A stretch of DNA of 64,000 bases, taken from the NCBI GenBank assembly GCA_963778655.1, contig CAVZVA010000010.1:864001-928000 (forward strand), written 5' to 3'. The first letter of the stretch is position 1; every line of letters starts with the position of its first letter. Position numbers and translations under genes: made by a program. Of the stretch, positions 37,910 to 47,268 are shown in pieces. The notes under the pieces are model-generated. The model made no database searches. It was not told where the DNA came from and worked only from the letters and a program-made list of their open reading frames with translations. This DNA is from an uncultured delta proteobacterium. GTDB lineage: Bacteria; Myxococcota_A; Polyangia; Polyangiales; JAFGIB01.

Positions 37910-38821
37910 ATGTTGAAGATCGACCTGACCGGAAAGCGCGCCTTCGTGGCGGGCGTGGCCGACGACGCCGGCTTCGGCTTCGCCATCAGCAAGCAGCTGG
38001 CGATGGCCGGCGCCAGCGTGTGCGTCGGGACCTGGCCGCCCACGTACACCATCTTCACCAAGCTGCTCGAGCGCAAGATCAAGGACTCGCTGCAGTTCCC
38101 GGACGGCGGCGAGCTGCAGTTCGAGCGCATCTACGCCTTCGACGGTGACTTCGACACGCTCGCGGACGCCCCCGCCGAGGTGCGTGAGAACCGGCGCTAC
38201 AAGGACCACGACGACTTCTCGATCCAGGGCGTGGCCGACAAGATCAAAGCCGATTTCGGCGACAAGCCGATCGACATCGTGGTGCACAGCTTCGCCAACG
38301 GGCCCGAGGTCAAGAAGGCGCTGATCCACACCAGCCGCAAGGGCTATCTGTCGGCGATCGGCTCGAGCGCCTATTCGTTCGTGTCGATGGTCAAGCGTTT
38401 CGGGCCGCTGCTGCGGCCGCACGCGGCGTTCTTGAATCTGAGCTTTCTGGCGGCCGAGCGTGTGGTGCCCGGCTACGGCGGCGGCATGTCGTCGGCCAAG
38501 GCTGCGCTCGAGTGCGACACGCGCACGCTCGCCTACGAGGCCGGCCGCCTGTACGGTGCGCGGGTCAACAGCATCTCCGCCGGCCCCTGGGCCTCACGCG
38601 CGGCCAGCGCGATCGGCTTCATCGGCACCATGATCGACTACAACCAGCGCAACGCGCCGCTGCCCGAGCCGATCACCGCGACCGAGGTCGGCCAGACCGC
38701 GGCGTTCTTGTGCAGCCCGCTGGCCAGCGGGATCACCGGCAGCGTGCTGCACGTGGACAAGGGCTTCCACGCCATGGCCGTCGCGATCGACGCGGTGCCC
38801 AACAACCTGCACGACGAGTGA
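37910..38821 (+). CDS. fabI: enoyl-ACP reductase, chlamydial/plastid type
   Basis: AGVADDAGFGFAI, VGTWPP, HSFANGPEV, YGGGMSSAKAALE, ISAGP. Confidence 0.92.
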   Translation: MLKIDLTGKRAFVAGVADDAGFGFAISKQLAMAGASVCVGTWPPTYTIFTKLLERKIKDSLQFPDGGELQFERIYAFDGDFDTLADAPAEVRENRRYKDHDDFSIQGVADKIKADFGDKPIDIVVHSFANGPEVKKALIHTSRKGYLSAIGSSAYSFVSMVKRFGPLLRPHAAFLNLSFLAAERVVPGYGGGMSSAKAALECDTRTLAYEAGRLYGARVNSISAGPWASRAASAIGFIGTMIDYNQRNAPLPEPITATEVGQTAAFLCSPLASGITGSVLHVDKGFHAMAVAIDAVPNNLHDE

Positions 38822-38879
38822 GCGAGCACATCGGTTCGCAACCGGGCGGGCCAGGCCCGGCAGCCGAATGGGCCATGAA

Positions 38880-38985
38880 ACAGGAAGGTGGGAAGACGGG
38901 AAGACGGGAAGGGCCGGCGATTGTTCGTCGCGGCACGCGGGACTTTGCGCTTGAATCTCATCTTCTCGTCTTCCGGTCTTCCTGT
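38880..38985. repeat. REP-like inverted repeat, GGAAGACG family copy 2
   Basis: ACAGGAAGGTGGGAAGACGGGAAGACGGGAAG ... TCTTCTCGTCTTCCGGTCTTCCTGT; same termini as 16830-16893. Confidence 0.75.
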
Positions 38986-39049
38986 GATTCGTGCCCCTGC
39001 GGCCGTGCGTAGCTTGCGCGGCGCGTCCTCTCTGGCACGCTGCGTTCGC

Positions 39050-40102
39050 ATGGCGCGCGAGATCAGCCACGCTTACGCGGACCCGGTCGACGAGATCTGG
39101 CTCGCGACCGCGCGCAAGCTCGGGCTGAGGGTCGAGCGCGGCGACGCGGCGTATGCCAGCTACGACGGCCAGGGCAAGCTGGACATCGCCGCGCCGCGGC
39201 ACCTCGACCAGGACGACTCGCTGGCGCAGATCATCTTTCACGAGCTGTGTCACGCGCTGGTGGCCGGGCCCGAGGCGATGCGGCGCGCCGACTGGGGCCT
39301 GTCCAACACCGACGCGCGCGACGAGCTGAGCGAGCACGCCTGCCATAGGCTGCAGGCGGCGCTGAGCGACCGTCACGGGCTGCGCGCGCTGATGGCGGTG
39401 ACGACCGATCACCGGCCTTACTGGGACGCACTGCCCGACGATCCGCTCGCACCTGGCGCTGATCCCGCGATCGCGCTGGCGCAAGCGGGTTGGCAGCGCG
39501 CGCGCTCGGGTCCCTGGGCGGAGGCGCTGCAGCGCGCGCTCGCGGCCACCGCGGCCGTGGCCGAGGCGGTGCGACCGTTCGCGTCGCCGCGCTCGCTGTG
39601 GCAGCAGACCCAGCGCCTGCACGCGAGCGGCTTTCCGCTCGGGCGCGGGCAGCTTTCGGAGCGCAGCTGCGGGCAGTGCGCGTGGCTGTTCCGGGGAGGT
39701 CCGGGGCGCCCGCTGCCGCGTTGCCGCCAGACCCGCGCCGGTGCGCGCTCGGTCGCGCGGCGGGTGCAACCGAGCGACCCGGCCTGCGAGCGCTTCGAGC
39801 CGGCCTTCGGCGCGGAAGCGTGCGGCAGCTGCGGCGCGTGCTGCCGGCAGGGTTTCGACCTGGTGCCGGTGCGCGCGCGCGAGCCGATCCTCAAGCGCCA
39901 CCCGCAGCTGGTGCAGCACGATCGTCACGGCGCCTGCCTGCCACGCCCGGACGGCCGCTGCGTTGGATTGGACGGCGACGGCGGCGCGGCGCGACCGTAC
40001 CGCTGCCGCGTGTATGCAGACCGCCCGCGCGCGTGCGCCGAGTTCGAGCTGGGCGGCGACGCCTGCCTGCAAGCCCGCCGGCGCGTGGGAATGAGCCGCT
40101 AG
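39050..40102 (+). CDS. HExxH (EpmC-like) domain fused to YkgJ/FliB-type CxxCxxCC cluster domain
   Basis: IIFHELCHALVAG...RRADWG; CGQC...C...CERF; CGSCGACC...C...CRVYADRPRACAEF. Confidence 0.75.
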   Translation: MAREISHAYADPVDEIWLATARKLGLRVERGDAAYASYDGQGKLDIAAPRHLDQDDSLAQIIFHELCHALVAGPEAMRRADWGLSNTDARDELSEHACHRLQAALSDRHGLRALMAVTTDHRPYWDALPDDPLAPGADPAIALAQAGWQRARSGPWAEALQRALAATAAVAEAVRPFASPRSLWQQTQRLHASGFPLGRGQLSERSCGQCAWLFRGGPGRPLPRCRQTRAGARSVARRVQPSDPACERFEPAFGAEACGSCGACCRQGFDLVPVRAREPILKRHPQLVQHDRHGACLPRPDGRCVGLDGDGGAARPYRCRVYADRPRACAEFELGGDACLQARRRVGMSR

Positions 40103-40114
40103 CGTGGTGGAACC

Positions 40115-40603
40115 ATGACGCGTGAGATACCCGAAGTACCGATCCGCAGCTTTCATCGAGACGAGGAGGGTCAGTGGGTCGCGACGCTCGAGTGTGGGCA
40201 TTTGCAGCACGTGCGACACCGCCCGCCGATGGAGACGCGAGCTTGGGTGCTGAGCGAGGAAGGGCGACGCGGGCACATCGGCGCGCCGCTTGCGTGCCGC
40301 GCGTGCCGCATGCCGCGGATCCCGGGCGCGGCGCAGGAGTACAAGCGCAGCTCGATATTCGACGCGGCCACGGTGCCTGCGGGCCTGCTTCAGCGCCACA
40401 CGCTCAAGGCCGGTGTCTGGGCGGAGATCGTCGTGGTCGAGGGACGCGTGCTGTACGTGATCGAAGACGAGGACGACGCCTCCTTTGTCCTGCACCCGGG
40501 CTTGGCCGGTTGGGTGGCGCCGCAGGCCCCTCACCACGTCGAGCTTCTGCACGGCGCGCGCTTCTTCGTTCGCTTTCTGCGGATCGCCACACCGGGCGCA
40601 TGA
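40115..40603 (+). CDS. DUF3565 + DUF1971 (TehB-N cupin-like) fusion
   Basis: WVATLECGHLQHVRHRPP...CRAC followed by FDAATVPAGLLQRHTLKAGVW...PHHVE. Confidence 0.8.
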   Translation: MTREIPEVPIRSFHRDEEGQWVATLECGHLQHVRHRPPMETRAWVLSEEGRRGHIGAPLACRACRMPRIPGAAQEYKRSSIFDAATVPAGLLQRHTLKAGVWAEIVVVEGRVLYVIEDEDDASFVLHPGLAGWVAPQAPHHVELLHGARFFVRFLRIATPGA

Positions 40604-40647
40604 CATCGGGCCGATCCGGCTCTACAACCAGCGCTGGGAGGCCCGTC

Positions 40648-41766
40648 ATGAAAGCTCGCGTCGCCGTGCTCAGAACCACCCCCGCCAACGTGTTGCGTGA
40701 CTACGCGCGCCTGCAGGAGCTGGCCGAGGTCCAGCGCTTCCTCGACAAGGGCGCGACCACGATCTTGAAGGACAACATCAGCTGGCACTTCCCGATGCCG
40801 AGCGCCAACACCACGCCCTGGCAACTCGAAGGCACGATCCTCGGGCTGCGGGCCAGCGGCTACGCGGACCTGGCCTGCGTGCAAAACGAGACCGTCGTGA
40901 TCGACGCGTTCAAAGGCGAAGACCTCAACCTGTTCACTCCGATCTTCGCCGCCTACGGGATCCCGGTGCTCTACAACTTCAAGCCCGAGGACATGCAGTG
41001 GAGTGCCTATCGGCCCAAGGGCCGCATGCTGGCGCTCGATCACATCTTCCCCGACGGCATCCGCATCCCGAGCTATTTCCACGGCAAGAACATCGTTCAC
41101 CTGCCCACGGTCAAATGCCACATCTATACGACCACGACCGGCGCGATGAAGAACGCGTTCGGCGGGCTGCTGGCCACGCACCGTCACTACACGCACACCT
41201 GGATCCATCAGGTGCTGTGCGATCTGCTGGTGATCCAGAAGGAGATCCACGCCGGGCTGTTCGCGGTGATGGACGGCACGACCGCGGGCAACGGGCCCGG
41301 CCCGCGCACGATGGAGCCGGAGGTTCGCAACGTGATCCTGGCCAGCGGTGACCAGGTGGCGATCGACGCGGTGGCGGCGAAGATGATGGGCTTCGACCCG
41401 CTCTCGATCGAGTACATCCGCACCGCGCATCAGCTCGGTCTGGGGGTGGGCGACCCGCGCGAGATCGAGCTGTGCGGTGATGACGTGTCGGACGAGAACT
41501 GGCACTTTAAAGTCGGGGTCAACTTGCATCGGGTGCTGGGCTGGCTCGGCTGGTTTGGGCCGACCAAGGTGTTGCAGAAGGCGATCTTCCGCACGCCGCT
41601 GGTGCGCTTTCCGATCTTCGTGAGCGAGGCGAATCACGACTACCTGCAATGGCCGCTCCGCTACGAGGCCAAGTTCAAGCACTGGCGCGCCGAAACCCCC
41701 TGGGGCCAGCTCTTCCAGCAATACGAATCCCGCGGCAGCCTGGCGGCGGTCGCCGCCGCGGAATGA
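40648..41766 (+). CDS. DUF362-domain protein
   Basis: LKDNISW, LPTVKCH, TGAMKNAFG, DQVAIDAVAAKMMGFDP; GGAGG RBS (alternative ATG 40600 overlaps the upstream stop). Confidence 0.85.
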   Translation: MKARVAVLRTTPANVLRDYARLQELAEVQRFLDKGATTILKDNISWHFPMPSANTTPWQLEGTILGLRASGYADLACVQNETVVIDAFKGEDLNLFTPIFAAYGIPVLYNFKPEDMQWSAYRPKGRMLALDHIFPDGIRIPSYFHGKNIVHLPTVKCHIYTTTTGAMKNAFGGLLATHRHYTHTWIHQVLCDLLVIQKEIHAGLFAVMDGTTAGNGPGPRTMEPEVRNVILASGDQVAIDAVAAKMMGFDPLSIEYIRTAHQLGLGVGDPREIELCGDDVSDENWHFKVGVNLHRVLGWLGWFGPTKVLQKAIFRTPLVRFPIFVSEANHDYLQWPLRYEAKFKHWRAETPWGQLFQQYESRGSLAAVAAAE

Positions 41767-41817
41767 GCCGCGCTCCGCTTGCGTTGCGTCGAACGAATGG
41801 GGTGGTATGATTCTGGT

Positions 41818-42057
41818 ATGACTGTTGTCAAGATCGCGATTACGTTGCCGGAGCAGGAGCTGGCGCGGGTGCGCCGCGCCGTTCGCGCCGGGCGTGCGGA
41901 TTCGGTGTCGGGCTACATCACCCGCGCGCTAGCGGAGAGGCAGCGGGAGGAGTCGCTGCAGGCGCTCGTGCGCGACCTAGTGACGCAATACGGGGAGCCG
42001 ACCGCGAAGGAGACCGCGTGGGCAAAGCGCGCGCTCGCACGTCCCCGGCGGGGCTGA
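41818..42057 (+). CDS. ribbon-helix-helix antitoxin (VapB/CopG-like)
   Basis: KIAITLP...SVSGYITRAL; directly upstream of and overlapping a PIN gene. Confidence 0.8.
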   Translation: MTVVKIAITLPEQELARVRRAVRAGRADSVSGYITRALAERQREESLQALVRDLVTQYGEPTAKETAWAKRALARPRRG

Positions 42058-42422
42058 CCCTGGACGCGGGCGCGCTGATCGCGCTCGAGCGGGGTGACCG
42101 GCGCATGATCGCGCTGCTGCGCCGCGTTGTCTCCGAGCGCCGGGCCCTGCGCGTACCCGCGGGTGTCGTCGCCCAGGTGTGGCGCGACGGCCGTAGCCAG
42201 GCCATTCTCGCGCGTTTCCTGCGAGCAGAAGGCGTTCAGATCGAGCCACTCGACGCGGCCCTGGCCAGAGCCTGCGGGGAGCTATGCGGTGCAGCGAACA
42301 CGACCGACGTGATCGACGCCTCGGTGGTGATCGCTGCCAATGAGCACGGCGACCTGATCGTGACCAGCGATCCGCACGACCTCCGCCGGCTCGATCGCAA
42401 GGCGCAGCTGATTCGCATCTAA
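42018..42422 (+). CDS. PIN-domain toxin (VapC-like)
   Basis: LTLDAGALI, DVIDASVV, IVTSDPHDL acidic PIN residues. Confidence 0.85.
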   Translation: MGKARARTSPAGLTLDAGALIALERGDRRMIALLRRVVSERRALRVPAGVVAQVWRDGRSQAILARFLRAEGVQIEPLDAALARACGELCGAANTTDVIDASVVIAANEHGDLIVTSDPHDLRRLDRKAQLIRI

Positions 42423-42473
42423 CGAGCGAGCGCCGTCGCCGACAGACTCAGCGGGCGCAACGCATTCGCGGCG

Positions 42474-42980
42474 TCAGGCCGGCCATGCGAGCGCGAGCCA
42501 GGGACGCTGCTCGACCTCGGCCGGGTGCGCGGCGGCGAAGTCGCGGAACGCGGTGATGAAGGCGGCGACATCGAGCCCCATGTACGGGGTTGCGCCATCC
42601 GCGGCGAGCTCCTGAAGCCGCGCGAGCGCACGCCCGGCCAGACGCCGGCACGCCTCGGGGTGGCCCGCTGTGCTCTTCAGACAGGCGGCGGCACACTGGA
42701 TCAAGCCCTGAAGGAACTCGCGCTGGCGCGGATCTCGCGCTGAATCCCGCCACAACGCCTCCCAGACTTCGTGCGCCTCCCAGAAGAAGCCGGCATTGTA
42801 GAGGTCCACGCCCCAGAGATACTCGGCATCGTCCACCCAGCCGGCCGCACCCGGCGACGGCGGCGAGGATTGCAACGCGTCGTGCGGGCGCACCGCGATC
42901 GCCGGACGCGCGGTACGCCCCGGCACGTATGCATACGCAGGCAACGGACGCCGCGGTTGATAGCGGGGTGGACGAGCCAA
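42474..42980 (-). CDS. DUF309-domain protein
   Basis: GVDLYNAGFFWEAHEVWEALW, LQGLIQ; TTG start inferred from TATGCT 8 nt upstream. Confidence 0.8.
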   Translation of the reverse strand: MARPPRYQPRRPLPAYAYVPGRTARPAIAVRPHDALQSSPPSPGAAGWVDDAEYLWGVDLYNAGFFWEAHEVWEALWRDSARDPRQREFLQGLIQCAAACLKSTAGHPEACRRLAGRALARLQELAADGATPYMGLDVAAFITAFRDFAAAHPAEVEQRPWLALAWPA

Positions 42981-43163
42981 TCGCTTCGAGCATAGTCGGT
43001 TCTGGCCCGCTGACCATGGCTGCGCGCGCTCGACTCCGTGGCTTGGACGGAACGGCCGGAAGCTCGAACGGGGCGACGATCGATGGAGCTCGATCTGGGA
43101 AGCCCCGAGCCTTGCGCGAACGCGCCCGCTGACAAAGAGCGCGACCGTGGCATACTCCGCCCC

Positions 43164-43529
43164 ATGCACCTGCTGGCCAAGCTCGTGGTGGTGACACTGG
43201 TGATCGCGGTCTCGCCGCAGATCATCCCCGGCATCGTGGTCGGCGGCCTCGGCGCTGCGCTGCGCGCGGCGCTGCTCTACGGCGTGCTGTTCGTGCTGAT
43301 CGGGTGGCTGGTGACGGTACTGGTCGCGCTGTTCTCGGTGGTGCCCGGGATCCTGACCTTCGGGCTGTTCTTCCTGCTGATTCCGCTGCTGGTCAACACC
43401 GTGCTGCTCAAGCTGACCGCGGGCCTGATGCGCTCGTTCGACATCCGCACCTGGACCGCGGCGCTGCTGTTGAGCATGGTGCTGGCGATCGTCAACTCGC
43501 TGTTCGAAGCCGGTCGCCACGCGGGGTGA
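43164..43529 (+). CDS. 4-TM phage-holin-superfamily (YvlD-like) membrane protein
   Basis: IIPGIVVGG...ILTFGLFFLLI...VNTVLL...F...AALLLS. Confidence 0.75.
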   Translation: MHLLAKLVVVTLVIAVSPQIIPGIVVGGLGAALRAALLYGVLFVLIGWLVTVLVALFSVVPGILTFGLFFLLIPLLVNTVLLKLTAGLMRSFDIRTWTAALLLSMVLAIVNSLFEAGRHAG

Positions 43530-43587
43530 CCGGCGCCCGCGCGCGCCAGCAGTCGACCTCCGTCCACCGCGCAGCCAGGTCGCGCCG

Positions 43588-44472
43588 CTAGCTCCGCCGC
43601 GCTGCGGTGCGCCTGGCGGTCTCGACCAGGCGATCGTCGTCGAGCTCCAGGGCGATCTCGGCGATGGCGCCCGGATCGGGGCCGGCCCACGCCAGGTCGC
43701 CGAGCGACTCCTGCAGCGGCACGTCGGTGCGCAGCGTGGCCAGACGGCGATACAGCAGCACGTCCTCGCGCGCGCCGGCGAGCACGGCGGCCAGCGCGCT
43801 CGCGCCGCGCACCTTGACCTGCCAGCGTGCGGCGTCGTCGGGGATCTGCTCGAGATGGCCGTAGCATGCCAGCACGGCGGCGGCGGACTTCTCGCCCCAG
43901 CGCGCGAGACCCGGGATGCCATCCGCGGTGTCTCCTACCAGTGCCAGCCAGTCCGGGATCGAGCTCGGCGGCACGCCGAACTTGTCCACCACACCGGCTT
44001 CGTCCAGGCGGCGGTTGCGCAGGCGGTCCCAGCACACCACGCGGCTGCCCCGCACGCACTGCGCCAGATCCTTGTCTGGGGAGCAGATCACCACCTCGGT
44101 GACCTCGGGCTGCTGGGCGCAACGTGCGGCAAAGGCGGCCAGCGCATCGTCCGCCTCGAGCTCGACCATCGGCCAAACGACCAGACCCAGCGCCTGCACC
44201 GCGCGCTCGGCCAGCTCGAACTGCCCGAGCAGCGCGGGCTCGATGCCCTCGCCGGTCTTGTAGCCCGCGAACAGCTGGTTGCGAAACGATTCGATCACGT
44301 GATCGAATGCGCACGCGACGTGGGTGACCTGCGGATCGGAGAGCAAGAACAGCAGCGAGCGCAGCAGCCCACGCGTCGCCCCCACCTCACGCCCATCGCG
44401 CCCGCGCGCCTCCGGCGCGCCGTAGAACGCGCGAAACAGCTCGTAAGTGCCGTCGACCAGATGGACCTTCAT
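43588..44472 (-). CDS. 5'-3' exonuclease / flap endonuclease
   Basis: LVDGTYELFRAF, YKTG, EADD, SPDKDL, LVGDTADGIPG H3TH. Confidence 0.92.
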   Translation of the reverse strand: MKVHLVDGTYELFRAFYGAPEARGRDGREVGATRGLLRSLLFLLSDPQVTHVACAFDHVIESFRNQLFAGYKTGEGIEPALLGQFELAERAVQALGLVVWPMVELEADDALAAFAARCAQQPEVTEVVICSPDKDLAQCVRGSRVVCWDRLRNRRLDEAGVVDKFGVPPSSIPDWLALVGDTADGIPGLARWGEKSAAAVLACYGHLEQIPDDAARWQVKVRGASALAAVLAGAREDVLLYRRLATLRTDVPLQESLGDLAWAGPDPGAIAEIALELDDDRLVETARRTAARRS

Positions 44473-44569
44473 AAGCGCCGCGCGCCGACCTTCGCTTGTG
44501 CTCGAGCGTAGACTCGTTGGCGCATCCGCGAAAGCCCGCGTTTCTGAAGGCGAATCGTGGCCGACATAG

Positions 44570-44635
44570 GCCGACGTCCCAAACTACACCGACCTCACCC
44601 CGGTGATTCAGATCAGCGAGCTCATCGCCGGCTGA
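44570..44635 (+). pseudogene. EthD-family C-terminal remnant
   Basis: ADVPNYTDLTPVIQISELIAG-stop matches the typical EthD terminus; no upstream coding part. Confidence 0.55.
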
Positions 44636-44754
44636 GGAGTCGGCGTCGCCTCTGCCCGAGTTGGTCGCTTCACCGAGCCATTACGCGGCCTCTGCCACAG
44701 TCCGACCGCATCCGCCGCTGGTGCGGCGTACGGATCCCATGGGCCATGGCGCGC

Positions 44755-46761
44755 TCACTGAACTGAGATCTGCGCGCAGAAGCCGGCGATGCAGCTGTAC
44801 GGGATGGCGTTGCCTTCTGGCGGGCAGCAGTCGGCGGCTGTGACGCAGCGTTCGTCGCGCTTTGCGCAGGTCTTCTCTGGAGGCTTCATGCAGGTGCCCT
44901 TTTGCTCGACGGCGAACTCGCTCGAAGTGGGCTCCGGCACATAGCAGGTGCCTCCGCAGCAATCGATGCCGGTCGTGCAGTCGTCGCCGTCTTGCTTGCA
45001 CGGATCGAGCGCGGCGAACGCACGGTGGTTTCCGGTGTTCGGCTCTTGACCCGGCAAGTAGAACGCGGGGTGAGACCGGTCCATGCTGTAGTCGCCGCTG
45101 GCCGAGATGTCGACCGCAGCGCCCCAGATCTGACGCTGCAGGCCCTGGTTGCCGTAGTGGCGCAGCGAATCGAAGAACACCCAGAAATATCCGCCCGCCG
45201 CGACGGGCGCGACCGTCGGATAGTAGTGGTGGTGCAGCTCTTCGGCACCGAACGGAAGGTACGTGGTTCCGCTCGCAGCGTCCGCTTCAGAGGCAAACCC
45301 CATCGCTTGCGCCAGCAGCGTGTGCTTTCCACTCGCGAGATCGAGCAGGTATACGTCGCTCGCCGGCGCGCCGGGCGCCCCCAACGCTGCCGTGCCTGCC
45401 AGACCCGCACCGTTGCCCGAGAAGTCCGCCGCTTCACCGATGGCAAAGGTCAGCGCCTTGCCATCGGGCAAGAAGAACGGCCAGGCTGGGTACGTGCCGT
45501 TGCCAGTCGCGAACAAGTTGCGGTAATCGCTCGCGACGCGCATCACCGGGTCGAACTTCATGACAGCCAGGCCGTGCCCGTTGTCGATTGCGTAGTCGGT
45601 GAAGGCAAGCTGGGTACCGTCGGGCGAGAACATGGGCGTCATCGCCCCCGCTGCAATGCCCGAGCCCGTGATCTCCATACCCGTGTCGGTCGCGTACAGG
45701 CTCGCGCTCGGCCCACCGATCGTGGCGGGCGAGCCAGCGCGCGGGCCGACGCCGCCCTGGTGCGCGCTCGTGACGTAGACCGAGCCGTCGGGCGACAACC
45801 CCACGAAGGCCGCGTTCGGAAGTGCGCTTGCGAGCGGAGTGGGATTGGCAGCGCCGCCCGGCGTCAACTCGTAGCTCGAGGAATCGGCCGGACCGGCGAT
45901 GGCTGCGCCGAGCGGCAAGGACACCATGCGGCTGCCGTTGGCGGACACCGAGTGGCACGCGTTGCAGCCGCTGCTATTGAGGAATACCTCCGCGCTGCCG
46001 CCGTTGGGAATGCGCAGCACGGCACCTTGGCCACCGCCGAAGCCGGGAAGCCCGCCGCTGCCGGCTGCGAGCTGCGAGGAATAGCTGTTGTAGTAGATCG
46101 AACCCTTGATCGTCGCCTGCGCGATCGTGAGCGTGAACGTTGCAGGTCCTTGCACGGTGCCGCCTGTCATGACGCTGAGCTCGAAGGCATATGGATCGCT
46201 CGGTCCGTACGTGCGTGCGGTCGCCTGGTCCCAGACGTCTTGCGGAATCTGAAGCTGGCCGGCGCCGGTCGGCTTGAGGCAGCCCCAGTATTCGAACGCC
46301 ATCGACTTGATGTGCACGTAGACGAAGTCACCGTTGCCGTCCCACATCAACGTTGGCGAGATGGTGCCGCGCGGGAACACCGTTCCGTCGTAGGGATAGA
46401 GCACGCGGACGGAGCCGGCGCCGCCGGCCTTGAGCTTGTTGGCGTCGTCTTGGCTGATGCCCGCCGCGTTGGCGGCGCCGCAGTCGTCGATGCTGATCGG
46501 CTGGGTACCGCTGGTCATGCCTTGCTGGCCCGCGTCGGTCACGCTCGGCATCGGCAGTTGCCGTTGCATCTGAACGCCACCGCTGGAATTGCCGAAGCTC
46601 GTGCCTGTCCCGCCACCGCTGCCCGGGCTCATCGCTGCCGAAGCACCGCCAGCTCCGGTGGGGTCAGGCGTGCCACGCCCGCCCGTAGAGTCCGTTGCGG
46701 AGCAACCGAATGCCAGCAGGGCAGCGGCGCAAACCAGGGCGATTACTTGCGGACGGCGCAT
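44755..46761 (-). CDS. TolB/PD40-like beta-propeller lipoprotein
   Basis: AFGC lipobox, YPYDGTVFPRG, GSIYYNSY, CNACHSVS, PMFSPDG, Cys-rich C-terminus. Confidence 0.8.
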   Translation of the reverse strand: MRRPQVIALVCAAALLAFGCSATDSTGGRGTPDPTGAGGASAAMSPGSGGGTGTSFGNSSGGVQMQRQLPMPSVTDAGQQGMTSGTQPISIDDCGAANAAGISQDDANKLKAGGAGSVRVLYPYDGTVFPRGTISPTLMWDGNGDFVYVHIKSMAFEYWGCLKPTGAGQLQIPQDVWDQATARTYGPSDPYAFELSVMTGGTVQGPATFTLTIAQATIKGSIYYNSYSSQLAAGSGGLPGFGGGQGAVLRIPNGGSAEVFLNSSGCNACHSVSANGSRMVSLPLGAAIAGPADSSSYELTPGGAANPTPLASALPNAAFVGLSPDGSVYVTSAHQGGVGPRAGSPATIGGPSASLYATDTGMEITGSGIAAGAMTPMFSPDGTQLAFTDYAIDNGHGLAVMKFDPVMRVASDYRNLFATGNGTYPAWPFFLPDGKALTFAIGEAADFSGNGAGLAGTAALGAPGAPASDVYLLDLASGKHTLLAQAMGFASEADAASGTTYLPFGAEELHHHYYPTVAPVAAGGYFWVFFDSLRHYGNQGLQRQIWGAAVDISASGDYSMDRSHPAFYLPGQEPNTGNHRAFAALDPCKQDGDDCTTGIDCCGGTCYVPEPTSSEFAVEQKGTCMKPPEKTCAKRDERCVTAADCCPPEGNAIPYSCIAGFCAQISVQ

Positions 46762-47048
46762 GACTGCTCACTCCTCGCAACTTCGGCTGCGCAGCCCGAT
46801 GCTCGCACTTCGCCGCCGTAGCCCCATATTGTGCACCGATCACCGGCAGACGGCTCTACCGGCAAAGCCGATTGGCCCCAATTGAGATGCCTGTGGCCCC
46901 GAAGGATAGAGAAGCGCCCGCTACTGAGCTGGCCGCGGCGTTGGCCGTCCGGCTCGTGCGTTCAAAGCGGGCCCTTCAAAAGCCGCGTAAAAGCGCGAGT
47001 CCGCCCGCGGCCTTTCCGGCCGCGGCCTTTGAGGACGGGGACAACGGT

Positions 47049-47222
47049 GACCTCTTCTAGCTTGCCAGCGAGAACCGCGAACAGCGCGCGCTCCTCGCCG
47101 CCCACGTGCACGGCGTATTCGCCGGCAGCGAGGTGCAGGCCGGCGGGCGCCCGCGTGAGACGCTCGAGATCAGGCGCCGCGAGCGTGGAACACAGCGGAA
47201 CTGCACGGAAGTCGTCAATCAG
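47049..47222 (-). pseudogene. cNMP-binding domain remnant (N-terminus of cNMP-thioredoxin-reductase-like gene)
   Basis: Hand translation: IDDFRAVPLCSTLAAPDLERL...LHLAAGEYAVH...RALFAVLAGKLE. Confidence 0.55.
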
Positions 47223-47268
47223 AGCGCGCGGTGAGCGCCGATCGAGCTACTGAGTGTGCGAACGGCTT

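Noticed and set aside
43164..44472. Prophage (holin-like gene plus exonuclease)
   Set aside because: Both families are common chromosomal genes; no integrase, terminase or structural genes nearby
46887..47060. Short ORF resembling a RAYT transposase C-terminal tail
   Set aside because: Only a vague basic-tail resemblance; no HUH or catalytic Tyr motif
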